A stretch of DNA of 63,541 nt, filler included. It is 8 parts of 8 records of this genome, joined end to end, with 100 filler letters (N's around TTAATTAATTAA, not from the genome) between each part and the next. Parts side by side here need not be neighbours in the genome. Positions count along the whole stretch, not along the records: positions 40,774 to 46,275 come from SRR31147125_15948; positions 46,376 to 54,682 come from SRR31147125_15953; 6 more parts are not named here. One strand, written 5' to 3'. Positions 40,774 to 52,167 of this stretch are shown in pieces; position 1 is the stretch's first letter, and every line of letters starts with the position of its first letter. Made by a program: the position numbers and the translations under genes. A model generated the notes under the pieces. That model saw only the letters and a program-made list of their open reading frames with translations, was not told where the DNA came from and searched no databases.

Positions 40774-40972
40774 TTGTTAAAATTTATACGGAAACACTAC
40801 GATTTAAATTATATATAAAAGGTGCATGAATTGCAAGTATTATTTTTAGTACAATGAGAACTCTAAAACAGCCTCCCCGCCATTTCACGTCTCACTTTTT
40901 ACCCATCCACATTTTAAAACATCAGATAAATTATAATAGCTATTATCCTAACAATTTCAAAACACCTTCTTT

Positions 40973-42325
40973 TTAACCTTTTGGCTTAATATTCCAGGTA
41001 AAAGACAGGAGCACTATGGACAACAGGGTACTTCCAAGGATGGCGAAAATCACCAAATTCCATGCGGTTTCAGCCCCATATATCTGCCCATAGTGGTCAG
41101 CCATCCAGCCAAAACCTTTTGCCTGAACTGTTCGGCCAATATAACCAAAAAGACCAATAAAGCCGGCTGCCGTTCCCACTGCTTTTTTGGAGGTTAAATC
41201 CAGGCCGGAAACACCGAGCAACATAACCGGTGGATAAACAAAAAAACCAATAATAGCCAGCATTGTCAAATCCATCCACAATCGGCCCGGAGGATTCAGA
41301 TAAATACCCACAAAAGCAGCAAAAATAGGAATCATGCACAATAAACTGACCATACCCCGGCGACCACCCAATTTATCGGAAATCCAGCCCATCAATATGG
41401 TGGAGGGGATACCACCGAATTCGATGATAAGAATAGCTATACCACCCCCTGTTAACGTGGCTCCTTTCATTTCGCGCAAATAGGTCGGTCCCCAGTCGAG
41501 CATGCTATAACGTACAATATAAACAAAAAAGTTAGCCAGGGCAAACAACCATAAATATTTATTTTTAAATATATAATCAACAAACAGTTCCTTTGTTTTC
41601 AATTCTTTCTCATGATCTATTGATTTGGACTCTTCGTTAATATAATCATTTTTGTATTTTTCAATTGGGGGTAGTCCCACAGATTGTGGTGTATCCTTTA
41701 AGCGCAAAAAGAGGTAAACAGCGCCGACCAGAGCGATCGTACCCGGAAAATAAAACGCAGCCTGCCATCCATAGTGAGATGCTGCGTAAGCTGCCAAAAC
41801 ACCTGCCAGTCCGCCGCCAATATTATGAGAAACATTCCAAATCGCAAAGGTGGATCCCCTTTCGCGAAGACTATACCAATGACCTATGGACCTGCCACAC
41901 GGAGGCCACCCCATACCCTGAATAAATCCGTTTAAAGCCCACAGGAAAAAATGGACTGTGTAATCAGCCACATCTCCAAAGGCAAAATTACAAAGTGCGG
42001 TTAATAGTAAACCAACGGCCATAAATTTACGCGGATTACTACGATCGGATAGAGACCCCATAAGAAACTTGCCCAAACCATAGGCAATCGCAGAGACAGC
42101 CAAAATGCTGCCTATCATGCTGTGATCATAGTGCAGAGCTCCTTCAATGTCCTTGGCGACTGTGGAAAGATTATTACGGACCAGATAAAAGGTCGCATAG
42201 CCTAAAAAGGTCGATTCCAGAGTACTCCAACGATATTTGTTGTAAAAGTGGTGAACTTTTGATTCCGGTATTGGTTCTATTGCAGGTGCCGGCTTGAAAA
42301 ACTGTCGTATCTTTCCGAAGATCAT
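40973..42325 (-). CDS. glpT: Organophosphate:Pi antiporter (OPA family MFS, GlpT/PgtP-like)
   Basis: GYATFYLVRNN, SDRSNPR, QGMGWPPC, ERG-x4-WN-x-SHN-x-GG, DTPQS-x-GLPPIE, VY-x-VRY-x3-DW-x-P and GTAAGF. Confidence 0.85.
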   Translation of the reverse strand: MIFGKIRQFFKPAPAIEPIPESKVHHFYNKYRWSTLESTFLGYATFYLVRNNLSTVAKDIEGALHYDHSMIGSILAVSAIAYGLGKFLMGSLSDRSNPRKFMAVGLLLTALCNFAFGDVADYTVHFFLWALNGFIQGMGWPPCGRSIGHWYSLRERGSTFAIWNVSHNIGGGLAGVLAAYAASHYGWQAAFYFPGTIALVGAVYLFLRLKDTPQSVGLPPIEKYKNDYINEESKSIDHEKELKTKELFVDYIFKNKYLWLFALANFFVYIVRYSMLDWGPTYLREMKGATLTGGGIAILIIEFGGIPSTILMGWISDKLGGRRGMVSLLCMIPIFAAFVGIYLNPPGRLWMDLTMLAIIGFFVYPPVMLLGVSGLDLTSKKAVGTAAGFIGLFGYIGRTVQAKGFGWMADHYGQIYGAETAWNLVIFAILGSTLLSIVLLSFTWNIKPKG

Positions 42326-42397
42326 CCATACCTCCTTCATTTCCAGTGACTTTTATTATATCAACATATAAATATTTACACATTTTCTTCTGCAAAC

Positions 42398-42440
42398 AAC
42401 AGGCTTGATTCCAGATGAATCATATGACACCAAGCCTGTT
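42398..42440 (-). terminator. Hairpin between the phosphodiesterase and the transporter
   Basis: AACAGGCTTG (42398-42407) / CAAGCCTGTT (42431-42440). Confidence 0.5.
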
Positions 42441-42461
42441 ACAATCGGTATATCTAAAAAC

Positions 42462-44093
42462 TCATTCTAAACGCCAGCTTTTGTCGATATAATAATACCC
42501 GCCGACTTTTGATATCTGAATAACAGCTTTATACGTATTGGATTTATTCGTTACAGTGAGCATTCGAACACTTTTTTCAATTTTTTCACCATCCGGACCA
42601 TCTGCCAGCGCTTCCGATAACACACGTCCGTCCAGATGCTCATCCACATTTAAACCTTTTAATGTTAAAATAGTGGAAACAATATCGACATTACAGGATG
42701 ACAAGTGATTTGTCACACCTTTTTTGAAATCGACACCCCAGGCGATCATGGTATTACGAATGGTCCATGGACTCATGCTGCCATGGCCACTTTTGTTGCT
42801 ACTTATGGCTTTTGTCTCACCAATGGTCATGGTATAATCGGCACCTGAATAACCAAACTGATTTCGATCTGAGGACCAGGGAAAGGTAAAAAGAATATCC
42901 GCACCGCGATCCTTATTGTCTGCTTTAATGAGTTCTAATGAGAACGTCCCATCAACCCAGCCATAGGGATTTTTGTTCACCTTTTCCATTCCTGTTTTTT
43001 CATTTTCATCTTTTGCTGCAGTGAATATCACATCTACCCATTGTTGTGCCTGCAAATACCGGACAATATCCTGAATTTGTTGTTTATCTTTAACATGCAC
43101 AAGCACGGATTGACCGCTGCTGGCTAATACCACGTCTCCTGACTCTTTGTTTTTCTTTAATCCGGCCGTTATCAGAGCGTCAGTCACATTAACCTGATTA
43201 GTAACCCGGCTAAAGCCATGATCAGATATAATAAAAATATCTGCATGGTCGTACAAGCCCAATACCCGAAGTTTCTCCAGTATCAATCCGATATGACGAT
43301 CGTTATTTCTAATAGATTCAATAGACTGAGGAGAACCTATACCGGCTCCATGCTGTGTATGGTCAGGTTCATTCATCCAGTTTATAATCACATCCGGCCG
43401 CAATTCCGGTATGACATATTCTCTGAGAAGATTTTCGGTCCAGTCGATTTTCGGGTAAGGAATGCCAGGTTCCTGTTCCCCCGGAAAGGATGCAAAGCGG
43501 GAAAGGAGTGTTTTGTTAATAGCATCCGGATATGCCAACAGAGAATCGGGTTCCATATTACCATTTATTAAAACGCCAATCCCCTGAGGAGCGTGCGGAT
43601 TCAGTAAAAATCCACTTCCAGTTGAGCCATTGCTGATGGCAACAAATTTTAACTTGTTCTCATGTAGACGTTGTGCTAATGTCTTTACATAAAGTAATCG
43701 TCCATCACTGACCTCTGCAAGTTTAAGCAGATTATTATAATCGCCGGTTGTAAAGGAGCCGGTTGTTTTCACAGCCGGGATAAACATACTGTTACTGACC
43801 AGTCCGTTTTTACCAGGATAAGTACCCGTGGATATAGCCGCAGAATTGACACGCGTTACAGTGGGAAAAACAGCATGACTGTTGATAAAATTCACACCCT
43901 GCTGACGCAGACGATAAATGTGAGGTGTATCAATCGGATTAACTGAATCCGGTCGTAATCCGTCAAGGACGAAAATGAGAATCAGGCGGGCCTTGCCTGG
44001 AAGAGGCTTGGGAGCAGAAATAGCATATGAATTAAAAAAACAACACCATAAAAAACAGACAATACCTATCGACCAAAATATTTTCTTTTTCAT
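42462..44093 (-). CDS. Secreted alkaline-phosphatase-superfamily enzyme (NPP/type I phosphodiesterase-like)
   Basis: DGLRPD, FPTVTRVN (Thr nucleophile), EPDHTQH, SDHG and GHGS; signal peptide from MKKKIFW. Confidence 0.88.
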   Translation of the reverse strand: MKKKIFWSIGIVCFLWCCFFNSYAISAPKPLPGKARLILIFVLDGLRPDSVNPIDTPHIYRLRQQGVNFINSHAVFPTVTRVNSAAISTGTYPGKNGLVSNSMFIPAVKTTGSFTTGDYNNLLKLAEVSDGRLLYVKTLAQRLHENKLKFVAISNGSTGSGFLLNPHAPQGIGVLINGNMEPDSLLAYPDAINKTLLSRFASFPGEQEPGIPYPKIDWTENLLREYVIPELRPDVIINWMNEPDHTQHGAGIGSPQSIESIRNNDRHIGLILEKLRVLGLYDHADIFIISDHGFSRVTNQVNVTDALITAGLKKNKESGDVVLASSGQSVLVHVKDKQQIQDIVRYLQAQQWVDVIFTAAKDENEKTGMEKVNKNPYGWVDGTFSLELIKADNKDRGADILFTFPWSSDRNQFGYSGADYTMTIGETKAISSNKSGHGSMSPWTIRNTMIAWGVDFKKGVTNHLSSCNVDIVSTILTLKGLNVDEHLDGRVLSEALADGPDGEKIEKSVRMLTVTNKSNTYKAVIQISKVGGYYYIDKSWRLE

Positions 44094-44308
44094 GTTTCTG
44101 AAATTCCCATAATGATTTTTTTCGGCATCTTTTAAAATATGCAGCAACTACATAGTTTAACGATCTGCTATCTATACATCACCACAAAAGAAACCTATAT
44201 GCTACCTTATTTTTGCAGTGTTTTAATTTAATTTCAGGTATGTATCACACTTTATATTTCTTGTTACAATAACTACCAGTTCCGATTTTTTCACTATTCA
44301 CTCTAATA

Positions 44309-46275
44309 TTATTTAGCAGGACTGGTGTGAGACAAATCTTTGCGCCCGTAGAACAGAATTCGTCCGTCTTCTTCACCGACGATTAAGTCAGGAGCGTCGG
44401 TTGTAAAGAATGCCGGAGCAGGTCCGCACGAGTGCTGGCCAAGAAAGATCGATTCTCCCTGGAACGTCATAATCTCAGGGAAAGCAAAAACCGGCTTTGA
44501 ATTGGTATTGACGTTACGCAAGAAAAGAACAGCCGATCCCGGCAGACCCAACGATTGTGGAAGGCCATTTTCCGGATTCGGCACAAGACCGTGCCGTGGT
44601 GTGCCGACAACCAGATCCATAAGGCCATCGCGATCCCAATCTACGAGATTAAGCTTTAATCGTCCGGTTCCACCGGCGTGAAGAAAATTAGCGCCAATAA
44701 CGGATTTATCTTCGAGCAAGAGTTTTCCGCTATCCTGCAGATTATAATCATCAATTCGCCAGTAGAGATGGAACTGGTCGTCGTCATCCAAAGCTATATA
44801 GGCCATACGGTTACCCAATTTCGCAACCGCCGGCTTGACCCGCCATGTACCATGCATATCCAGACCGTCAAGGTAAAGCGGGCGACCACGATCGAGCCGC
44901 GGTTTGGTTCGACTTCCACGATTTAAATAAACAGTATGACGAGCCGTACAGTCGCTCAAAAGAATATCCGGAAGGCCATCTTCGTTCCAGTCGGCTACTG
45001 TCGGGCAGGTATACCCCCAACGCGCTTCTCCCGGTCCCTGAATATCCATTCGATATCCGGCCTGAATATGGATCTCGTATCCGCCAGCCCTGAGTGGAAC
45101 TCCTGGCACGTAGGCTGGAGCTGTATTTGTTCCTGCGTTTTTAAAGAATACTATTTTACCATCTGAATTACCGGCAATAATATCCAGAGCACCATCACCA
45201 TCCCAATCAAAAACGTTGGGTACGGGCAATGTACCGGCATAAAGTTCAGCATCCTGCTGTAACACGACACGAGGATCCTTGTAAATGGGCGTGCCTGTTT
45301 CCGTAAAAGACCCGGTAAATTCGTAATAATAGAGTCCACCTTCTCCCCCGGTGATTAAATCGGATAGGCCGGTTTTACTATTGGGATAGGCTACGGGAGA
45401 GGGATTAATGATGGGATGCCGAATAGCATTGCCATCCTGATGAACAAGATGAAGACGAGACTCCAGGTTTATACCCTGAAAAGCCAGATTATGGTAATAA
45501 TGCAATCCGCCATACCGGGAACCGCAAACAAGATCACGCTCCCGTCCCGTCCCCAGATTAACTATTGTGATCTGCTGATAAGATGACTGTACTTCTCGTT
45601 CTGTTGTCGACACCAGGCGTGGTGAAGCTGAAGGGCCATGCAAATAAAATGGCAATGTAACTGCGTATAAATATACATATGGCAACCCACCCCGCCATAT
45701 ACCGGCGCCATCATAGGGACGATAACGCGGATCCCGACCGCCAAAATCATCGGGCCGACCTTTTACGCCGTCTGATATTTCCAGAACCACCTCCACTGTA
45801 CCGTCCGGATTGGGCATTACAACCACATTCCGTGGTGTCCGTGGCAGACCCTGAAGTTGAATACGATTTTTCTCGATAAAAACAGATCTCTTTTTATCAA
45901 AAGTCGTATGCACCAGTTCGTTTGCCTGCAGCCACACTCCATGAATAACATTATCGGCTGACTGGAAAATACTCCCATTGGGTGGATATTTTCCGTCAAA
46001 AGGAAAGGACACACGAATGCGAGCGCCGAAAACAGGTGTGCCATTATCAGCTGAAGCAACCCAGGGATAAAGGAACAAACCCGGTTCACTGCCAAATTTA
46101 CCCGTACGAACAAACAAATCCGGTTGTTGCGAATTAAACACAGAAGCAATCCCTGTAGGGATACTTAATACCGCATGTGCAGCTAAAGGACCCAAATTAT
46201 CCGGTGTGTTAACAAGGATGGCTTTTCCACTCTGTAATCCCTGATCAGCCTGTGTATATGATGTAAATACTAAAA
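44309..46275 (-). CDS. FG-GAP/VCBS-repeat beta-propeller protein (5'-truncated)
   Basis: DWDGDGALDI, DWNEDGLPDI and DWDRDGLMDL Ca-binding repeats; frame open to the contig edge. Confidence 0.82.
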
Positions 46276-46375
46276 NNNNNNNNNNNNNNNNNNNNNNNNN
46301 NNNNNNNNNNNNNNNNNNNTTAATTAATTAANNNNNNNNNNNNNNNNNNNNNNNNNNNNNNNNNNNNNNNNNNNN
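46276..46375. other. Artificial contig-joining spacer
   Basis: N-run with TTAATTAATTAA. Confidence 0.97.
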
Positions 46376-49141
46376 ATTTTTAATCATCATACCAATTAAA
46401 CCGAGTGCTCCAATAATTCCGGCAAAAGTCATGTATGTATTTGTGCTTACCAAACCAATTACAATACCCACAAATGCAAACGGAAATACCAAACCAATTA
46501 TAAGTGGCTGTTTTAAATTGTTAAACAAACCAATAATTATAATAGCCATTAACCCCAGTGCCAGGGGCAAAAACATAAACAATCCGGCATTGGCTTCTCC
46601 CGACCGAGCAGTAGCACCCTCCCAACGCACTTTGTATCCGGCAGGAATTTGAATTTCTTCTTCAATACGCGATTGGAATTTATCCTGAACTTGCTGAGCG
46701 GTATAACCTTTAGCCGCATCGCATTGCGCTTTTATCGAACGCTCGCCATTTAAACGATTTATCAGGTTGTACTCCCACTGTACTTCCAGCGAGTCGACAA
46801 TTTGCGACAATGGAGTACTCGTCCTGCTTTGCTGTCCCCAAACCGGAACATTCATTAACTCTTCCATGTTTTCGGCAACATTACCCGAAGTTTTTAGCAT
46901 GATGGGCATCATATCGTCACCCTCGTAAATGGCTCCAATTGGCATTCCATTGGTGGCAACCAAAATAGAATTACCCATATCGGAACGCGAAAGTCCAAGA
47001 GGCTGTGCACGTTCAACCGAATATTTTGGCACAATCTTTTTCGTCTGATTTTTCCAGTTATCAGTAACATGAACGACAGTTGGTTCCTGCAAAAAGATTT
47101 GTTTTGCCTGGTTGGCCAAATCTTTTAATACTGCCGGGTCGGGTCCGGTAAATTCAATCTCAACATCGGCATCGGCAAATGCAGCACCATATTCCATCAC
47201 TTTGGTAAAAGCATCGGGATAATTTTTATTCAAATACGCTTCAATTTCCGGAATTAAAGTTGGCACCCTTTCAATCTCTTTGGTTTGAATAATTAAATCG
47301 CCATAGTTCGAACCTCCTGTTGCCATACCGCGCATTAGCAGGTATCGGGCTGGCGGTCGTCCAACTGAAGCAGTAATGGAATGCACTCCTTCCATCGCCA
47401 AAACATCTTTCTGAATTTGGTTTAAATCTGCCTCAACGGCTTCAATATCGGCACCTTGTGGCAAATAATACTCAACATAAAACTGGTCGTAATCTATTTT
47501 CGACATAAAGTCGACGGTTACAAAACGGAAGCCCCAGAAAGCTGTAATTAATATGCCAAAAGAAGCAAGTGTGAACAAGTATTTATTTCGAATCCCAAAT
47601 TTCAGAAAACCACCAAAAATACGGTAGAATTTCGAGTCGTAATGTTCTGCTTTCTCTCCTTTTGGGCGTTCTTTTCGATAAAAGAATTTTGCATTAAACG
47701 GGGTTTGAATCATTGCAAATACCCAACTTAAACTCAAAGAAATGATTAATACAGTAAACAACGACGACAAAAACTCACCCGCCATATTTGGCGACATTCG
47801 CAAAGGTAAGAATGCTAAAATTGCCACAGCCGTAGCACCTAGCAAAGGCATCGCAGTTTTTTGTGCGGTATGAACAAAAGCTTTGTTGCGGTCCATGCCG
47901 CTTTTCAGGTCAACCAAAATACCGTCGGCCACCACAATGGCGTTATCAACCAACATACCCATTGCCAAAATAATGGCAGCAAGAGATACACGGTGCAACG
48001 GCAAACCAATTGCCAACATCACAATTAAAGTTCCTAAAATGGTAAATACCAATCCACTCGAAATGAGCAACCCGGAACGAAGTCCCATCGAAAACATAAG
48101 TACCACAATTACAATAGCTACCGAAATCACCAGATTCATCATAAAATCTTTTACAGCTGTATCAACACGGTCGGGCTGGTAGTACACCTGATTTACTTCA
48201 ATTCCCACCGGAAGTTCTTTTTGAATTTCGGCAAGTTTCTCGTCGAGCGCAACGCCCAATTTTACAACGTTAATGCCACTTTCGTTCGAAAGCCCAAGGG
48301 TTAAACCTTTTTTAGTGTTGTAATACAAAACCTCTTGTATGGGCTCCATATACGAACGCTCAACAGTAGCAATTTCGCCTAAACGAAAATTACCTCCGCC
48401 CGGCACCTGAATCAAAAGGTTTTCGATTTCATTAAGCGTTGTAATTTTACTACCAACACCTACCCGAATTGATTCTTTTCCGGTAACAATTGAACCCGGA
48501 TTTACAATAGCTGTTTCGTTTTGCATCGCCATTGCAATCATCATTGGATTTATATTTAAACCCGCTAATTTTTCGGGTGAAAAAATAACGTCAATAGTCT
48601 CTGTTTTTTTACCAAAAATCTGCGAGCGACGTACTCCATCCACACCAATTAGTTCGCTCTCAATATATTCGGTGTATTTTACTAAATCGTTATGCGAATA
48701 ACCATCTGCGGTAATTGCGTATAAAATTCCGTAAACATCGGCAAAATCGTCGTTTACAATCGGCTCGTACGCACCACTTGGCAAACTTCCTTTTATATCG
48801 TTAACCTTGCGTCGCAGGTGGTCCCAAAGCTGTGGCAACTGAGGCGTTTTTACAACCGATTTTATATCAACAGTAATTAATGAAACTCCAGGGCGCGAAA
48901 CCGAGGTAATTTCATCCACATTTTCCAGTTTCTGAATTTGTTTTTCCAACACATCGGTAACTTCAAGCTCTACCTCGTGTGCAGTTGCACCCGGGTAAAC
49001 CGTAATTACCATGGCTGTTTTAATCGGAATTTCAGCGTCCTCCAGCTTACCGATATTTGTATACGCAATAAAACCTCCAATCAATACTGCAAACAGTATT
49101 GTGGAAATCATTGCCTTTTGGTTCAATAATCTTTCGAGCAT
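46376..49141 (-). CDS. RND efflux permease (AcrB/AcrD/AcrF family), 3'-truncated
   Basis: YPGA-x3-EVE, GMLVDNAIVV, LAFLP and G-x-x-IKN. Confidence 0.93.
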
Positions 49142-50214
49142 TACAGCAACCCTCCTACATTAGTTACCGATGGTGTTTCAACGGGTTTTACCAACTGACC
49201 GTCGACCAAATAATGAACACCGGCTGTAACAACTTGCTCACCACTTTTTATTCCTGAAGTAACTGCAGCATTACCACCGGAAATTACAGCAGAAATTTTA
49301 ATCTCGCGCTTTTCAACTTTATTTGTTGAGGGATTATAAACCCAAACAAAATCGGAAGTTTTTTCGTGAAATACTGCCGAACCCGGAATTGTAATATTGT
49401 TATTTTGCGCATCGCACAACATCGTAACTTCGGCAGTCATTCCTGAGGCAATATTTAATTCACTATTATTTTTAAATGAAAATTTAACCTCATATAAACC
49501 ATCACCCATGGTTTTTTCGCTAACGCTTTGCAGTTTTACCGCCAGGTTGTTTACTCCTGCATTTGCAACAGTCAGAAAACTTTCTTTATCGTTATGAATT
49601 CTGCTTACCTGGCTTTCCGAAACAGAAACAACAGCTTCCAGTTGCGAATTATCGATAACCGATACAATTGGCATACCAGCTCCTATTGTTTGATGGTTTT
49701 CAACAAACTTCTCGAAAACATACCCTGAAAAAGGAGCTTTTAACTCGGTATCGCTCAACTGATTTCGCGCATTTTCGTAAGCAGTTTTTGCCATTAAATA
49801 CCCCGACTTAACACGTTCGAATGTATTCTCCGGTATTTTCTTCTGCTCAACTAAAATCTTGTAACGATTGTATTCGCTTTCAGTTTGAGTAAACTGTGCT
49901 TTTGTGGTTTGCAGCTGCAGTTCGTAGTCGCGTTTGTCAATTTGTGCAATTACCTGCCCGGCACGCACATAATCTCCGGTTTCAACATTAAGTTTCATTA
50001 GTGGTCCGCCCACACGAAACGAAAGCGAGGTAAGGCTTTTCTCCTTAATCTTTCCGTTAAAAACCATTTTGTTTTGTACCACGCCATCGGCAATGGTTTC
50101 CACCTTAACATATTTAACTGTTTCGGCTTGAGGCTCGTCGCCGCTCGAACTTTTGCAGCCTGTAAATGCAAAAGCGATCGCGATTAGTGTAAATAAAATG
50201 TTTCTGAGTTTCAT
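49141..50214 (-). CDS. RND periplasmic adaptor (MFP) lipoprotein
   Basis: Lipobox FTGC; LSFRVGG, L-x-APFSG and GMTAEV. Confidence 0.93.
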   Translation of the reverse strand: MKLRNILFTLIAIAFAFTGCKSSSGDEPQAETVKYVKVETIADGVVQNKMVFNGKIKEKSLTSLSFRVGGPLMKLNVETGDYVRAGQVIAQIDKRDYELQLQTTKAQFTQTESEYNRYKILVEQKKIPENTFERVKSGYLMAKTAYENARNQLSDTELKAPFSGYVFEKFVENHQTIGAGMPIVSVIDNSQLEAVVSVSESQVSRIHNDKESFLTVANAGVNNLAVKLQSVSEKTMGDGLYEVKFSFKNNSELNIASGMTAEVTMLCDAQNNNITIPGSAVFHEKTSDFVWVYNPSTNKVEKREIKISAVISGGNAAVTSGIKSGEQVVTAGVHYLVDGQLVKPVETPSVTNVGGLL

Positions 50215-50266
50215 TTTGTTGTGACTATTTTTTGTATTGTTTCTTGTTTCGTATTTTAAATCAGTA

Positions 50267-50338
50267 CAAAAATATTTTTAACTGATAGTTAATTAGTTAT
50301 AAAAGTGTATGAAGTGATAAAACTTATTCGTGAAATGA
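50267..50338 (-). promoter_or_regulatory. Bacteroidota -7 box plus upstream direct repeats for the RND operon
   Basis: TATTTTTG (minus strand, 50267-50274); TGAAGTGA at 50310 and TGAAATGA at 50331 (21-bp period). Confidence 0.55.
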
Positions 50339-50425
50339 CTTTTTGGAGCTAGGTTACATGTTTCAGGTTATCAGGTTCTACTTTAAACCAAACAGAAACT
50401 TGCAATCTGTAACCGGTAAGTTTTC

Positions 50426-51205
50426 TTATGCCAACTCCAACTCTGTTATTCTTTCTTTCAGAATTTTCATTCGCCTGTTTAAGTCGAACTGAACGCTGGT
50501 AATTGTCGATTTTGTGTAGTTCTGTGTTTTCTGAATATTATTTTGTACACGCTTTGTAATTAAGTCGATGTTAGAAAGTAAAGCATTTGCCACTTCCAAA
50601 TCACTTTCCGACTCGGTCTCAACAGTTGAATAACGTTCAACATCGGCATTCTGCTGTACCAGTTTCAAACCATCTAATACGGCGAAATGTACGCGCTTCC
50701 CAATGGTTTGGTAGTGCAGCATGATAAAATTCTCAACGCTAAAACGAATTTCGCGGATATCGTTTAAAATTGGCATTAAATCCTCTTTTAGCATAGCTTT
50801 TTGCCCAATCATCGATTTGTACGGATTCGACTTAAAATCGATTGTTACTCCTGATGGTGCTCCAATTACCAAATCGGCAACTTCATTCTGAATTGGTTTG
50901 AGCATTGCTTCAAAATGCTCTTTTCTAACTTCCGAAACATCGGCGTTAAAAAATAGAATTATCTCCCCACTTGCATATTCAGCTCCGTGCGCCATTGCAT
51001 AGCTTTGTCCCTTATTCCCTGTAAGTTTCAGGTAGGCAAATTTGTAATGTATCGAAAGAGTTTCTAAAATCGCTTCGGTGTCGTCGGTCGAACCATCGTC
51101 AACCACAATTACTTCGGCTCCCGGATTATGTTTACAACACGCAGCCACCACGTTAAAAATGGTTTCTTCTTCGTTGTAAGTACAAATAATAATACTTGTG
51201 TTCAT
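50426..51205 (-). CDS. Glycosyltransferase family 2-like protein
   Basis: SIIICTYNEE, VVDDGSTD and N-x-G-x3-A; the DXD position reads NAD. Confidence 0.8.
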   Translation of the reverse strand: MNTSIIICTYNEEETIFNVVAACCKHNPGAEVIVVDDGSTDDTEAILETLSIHYKFAYLKLTGNKGQSYAMAHGAEYASGEIILFFNADVSEVRKEHFEAMLKPIQNEVADLVIGAPSGVTIDFKSNPYKSMIGQKAMLKEDLMPILNDIREIRFSVENFIMLHYQTIGKRVHFAVLDGLKLVQQNADVERYSTVETESESDLEVANALLSNIDLITKRVQNNIQKTQNYTKSTITSVQFDLNRRMKILKERITELELA

Positions 51206-51239
51206 TTTCGCTAGCTTTCTTGTTTTCTGAATTCAAAAG

Positions 51240-51310
51240 CGAAAATATTAACCATTTTTAACAGTGCGGAAAGGAAGTTCGCGAAATGATGAAATTTGCG
51301 GGTGAAGTGA
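51240..51310 (-). promoter_or_regulatory. -7 box plus direct repeats for the GT2 gene
   Basis: TATTTTCG (minus strand, 51240-51247); CGAAATGA at 51282 and TGAAGTGA at 51303 (21-bp period). Confidence 0.55.
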
Positions 51311-51361
51311 AATTCTATAGTAAATTGGACAACGGTGCACACCGTAAAATGCACAAGTAAA

Positions 51362-51661
51362 TTAAAGCCTTATAGATAAATCAAGTTCTCCGCCTAATCC
51401 CAAATGAACAATTTTTTGTAATGTTGAAAATCGAACTTCCTTCAAATTATTTTCAATTTTTGAGATATACGATTTTGTTGTTCCAACTTTTTCAGCCAAC
51501 TCCGCTTGAGTCATGCCTTTTTCCAACCGGGCTTCGTGTATAAGAGTTCCAAGCTTAAAGCTTTCATAGCCCTCGTCCAATTCGTCACGCTTTTTAGTTC
51601 CTTTTTTACCAAAATGCTTGTCCTTAAATTCATCAAGCGTCAATTTATTAGTTGTTTTCAT
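51362..51661 (-). CDS. XRE-family HTH antitoxin (HigA-like)
   Basis: ARLEKGMTQAELAEKVGTTKSYISKIEN; overlaps the toxin gene. Confidence 0.88.
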   Translation of the reverse strand: MKTTNKLTLDEFKDKHFGKKGTKKRDELDEGYESFKLGTLIHEARLEKGMTQAELAEKVGTTKSYISKIENNLKEVRFSTLQKIVHLGLGGELDLSIRL

Positions 51662-51998
51662 TTTTGTATTCCTCCATTATTTTAAGAGCCCTTTCAATTT
51701 CTCTCTTCGGCGTTTTTTGTGTCTTCTTTTGAAATCCATTTGCTACAACAATCAGTTTTCCCTGATCAAAAAAGCAAAAGATTCTAAAAATATTCTTGCC
51801 ATGCTTTATTCTAATTTCATATAGTCCTTCAGTTGATTCAATGTGTTTAAAATAAGTTTCCGGTATTCTTTCCACCTCCTCAACCAACTGAAAAGTCCAG
51901 ATAATTTTAGACTTAACTTTGTCTGATTGTTTTAAGAAAAAATCTTCAAAGTAATCTTTATAAAATATTACCCTCCGATATTTTTTCTTTTCATCCAT
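51648..51998 (-). CDS. RelE/HigB-like toxin (Gp49/DUF891 type)
   Basis: GLYEIRI, RIFCFF and GFQKKTQKTP-x-x-EI-x-x-A; toxin-first gene order. Confidence 0.9.
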   Translation of the reverse strand: MDEKKKYRRVIFYKDYFEDFFLKQSDKVKSKIIWTFQLVEEVERIPETYFKHIESTEGLYEIRIKHGKNIFRIFCFFDQGKLIVVANGFQKKTQKTPKREIERALKIMEEYKNENN

Positions 51999-52002
51999 AA
52001 AA

Positions 52003-52036
52003 CAAAAATAGACAAAGTTTCACTAAAGTGCAACTT
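52003..52036 (-). promoter_or_regulatory. TA promoter -7 box and probable antitoxin operator
   Basis: TATTTTTG (minus strand, 52003-52010); inverted repeat AAGTTTCACT-AA-AGTGCAACTT (52015-52036). Confidence 0.6.
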
Positions 52037-52167
52037 GTATTTATATTGAACAGACAGCAGGTATTGTTTTGAAGTCTAATAAATTTAAATAACCTTCTTT
52101 AAAAGAGCTGTTTTTTCGTTTCTATGATTTAACTATTTTCGCAAATTAATTATGCAATAATCAGCTT

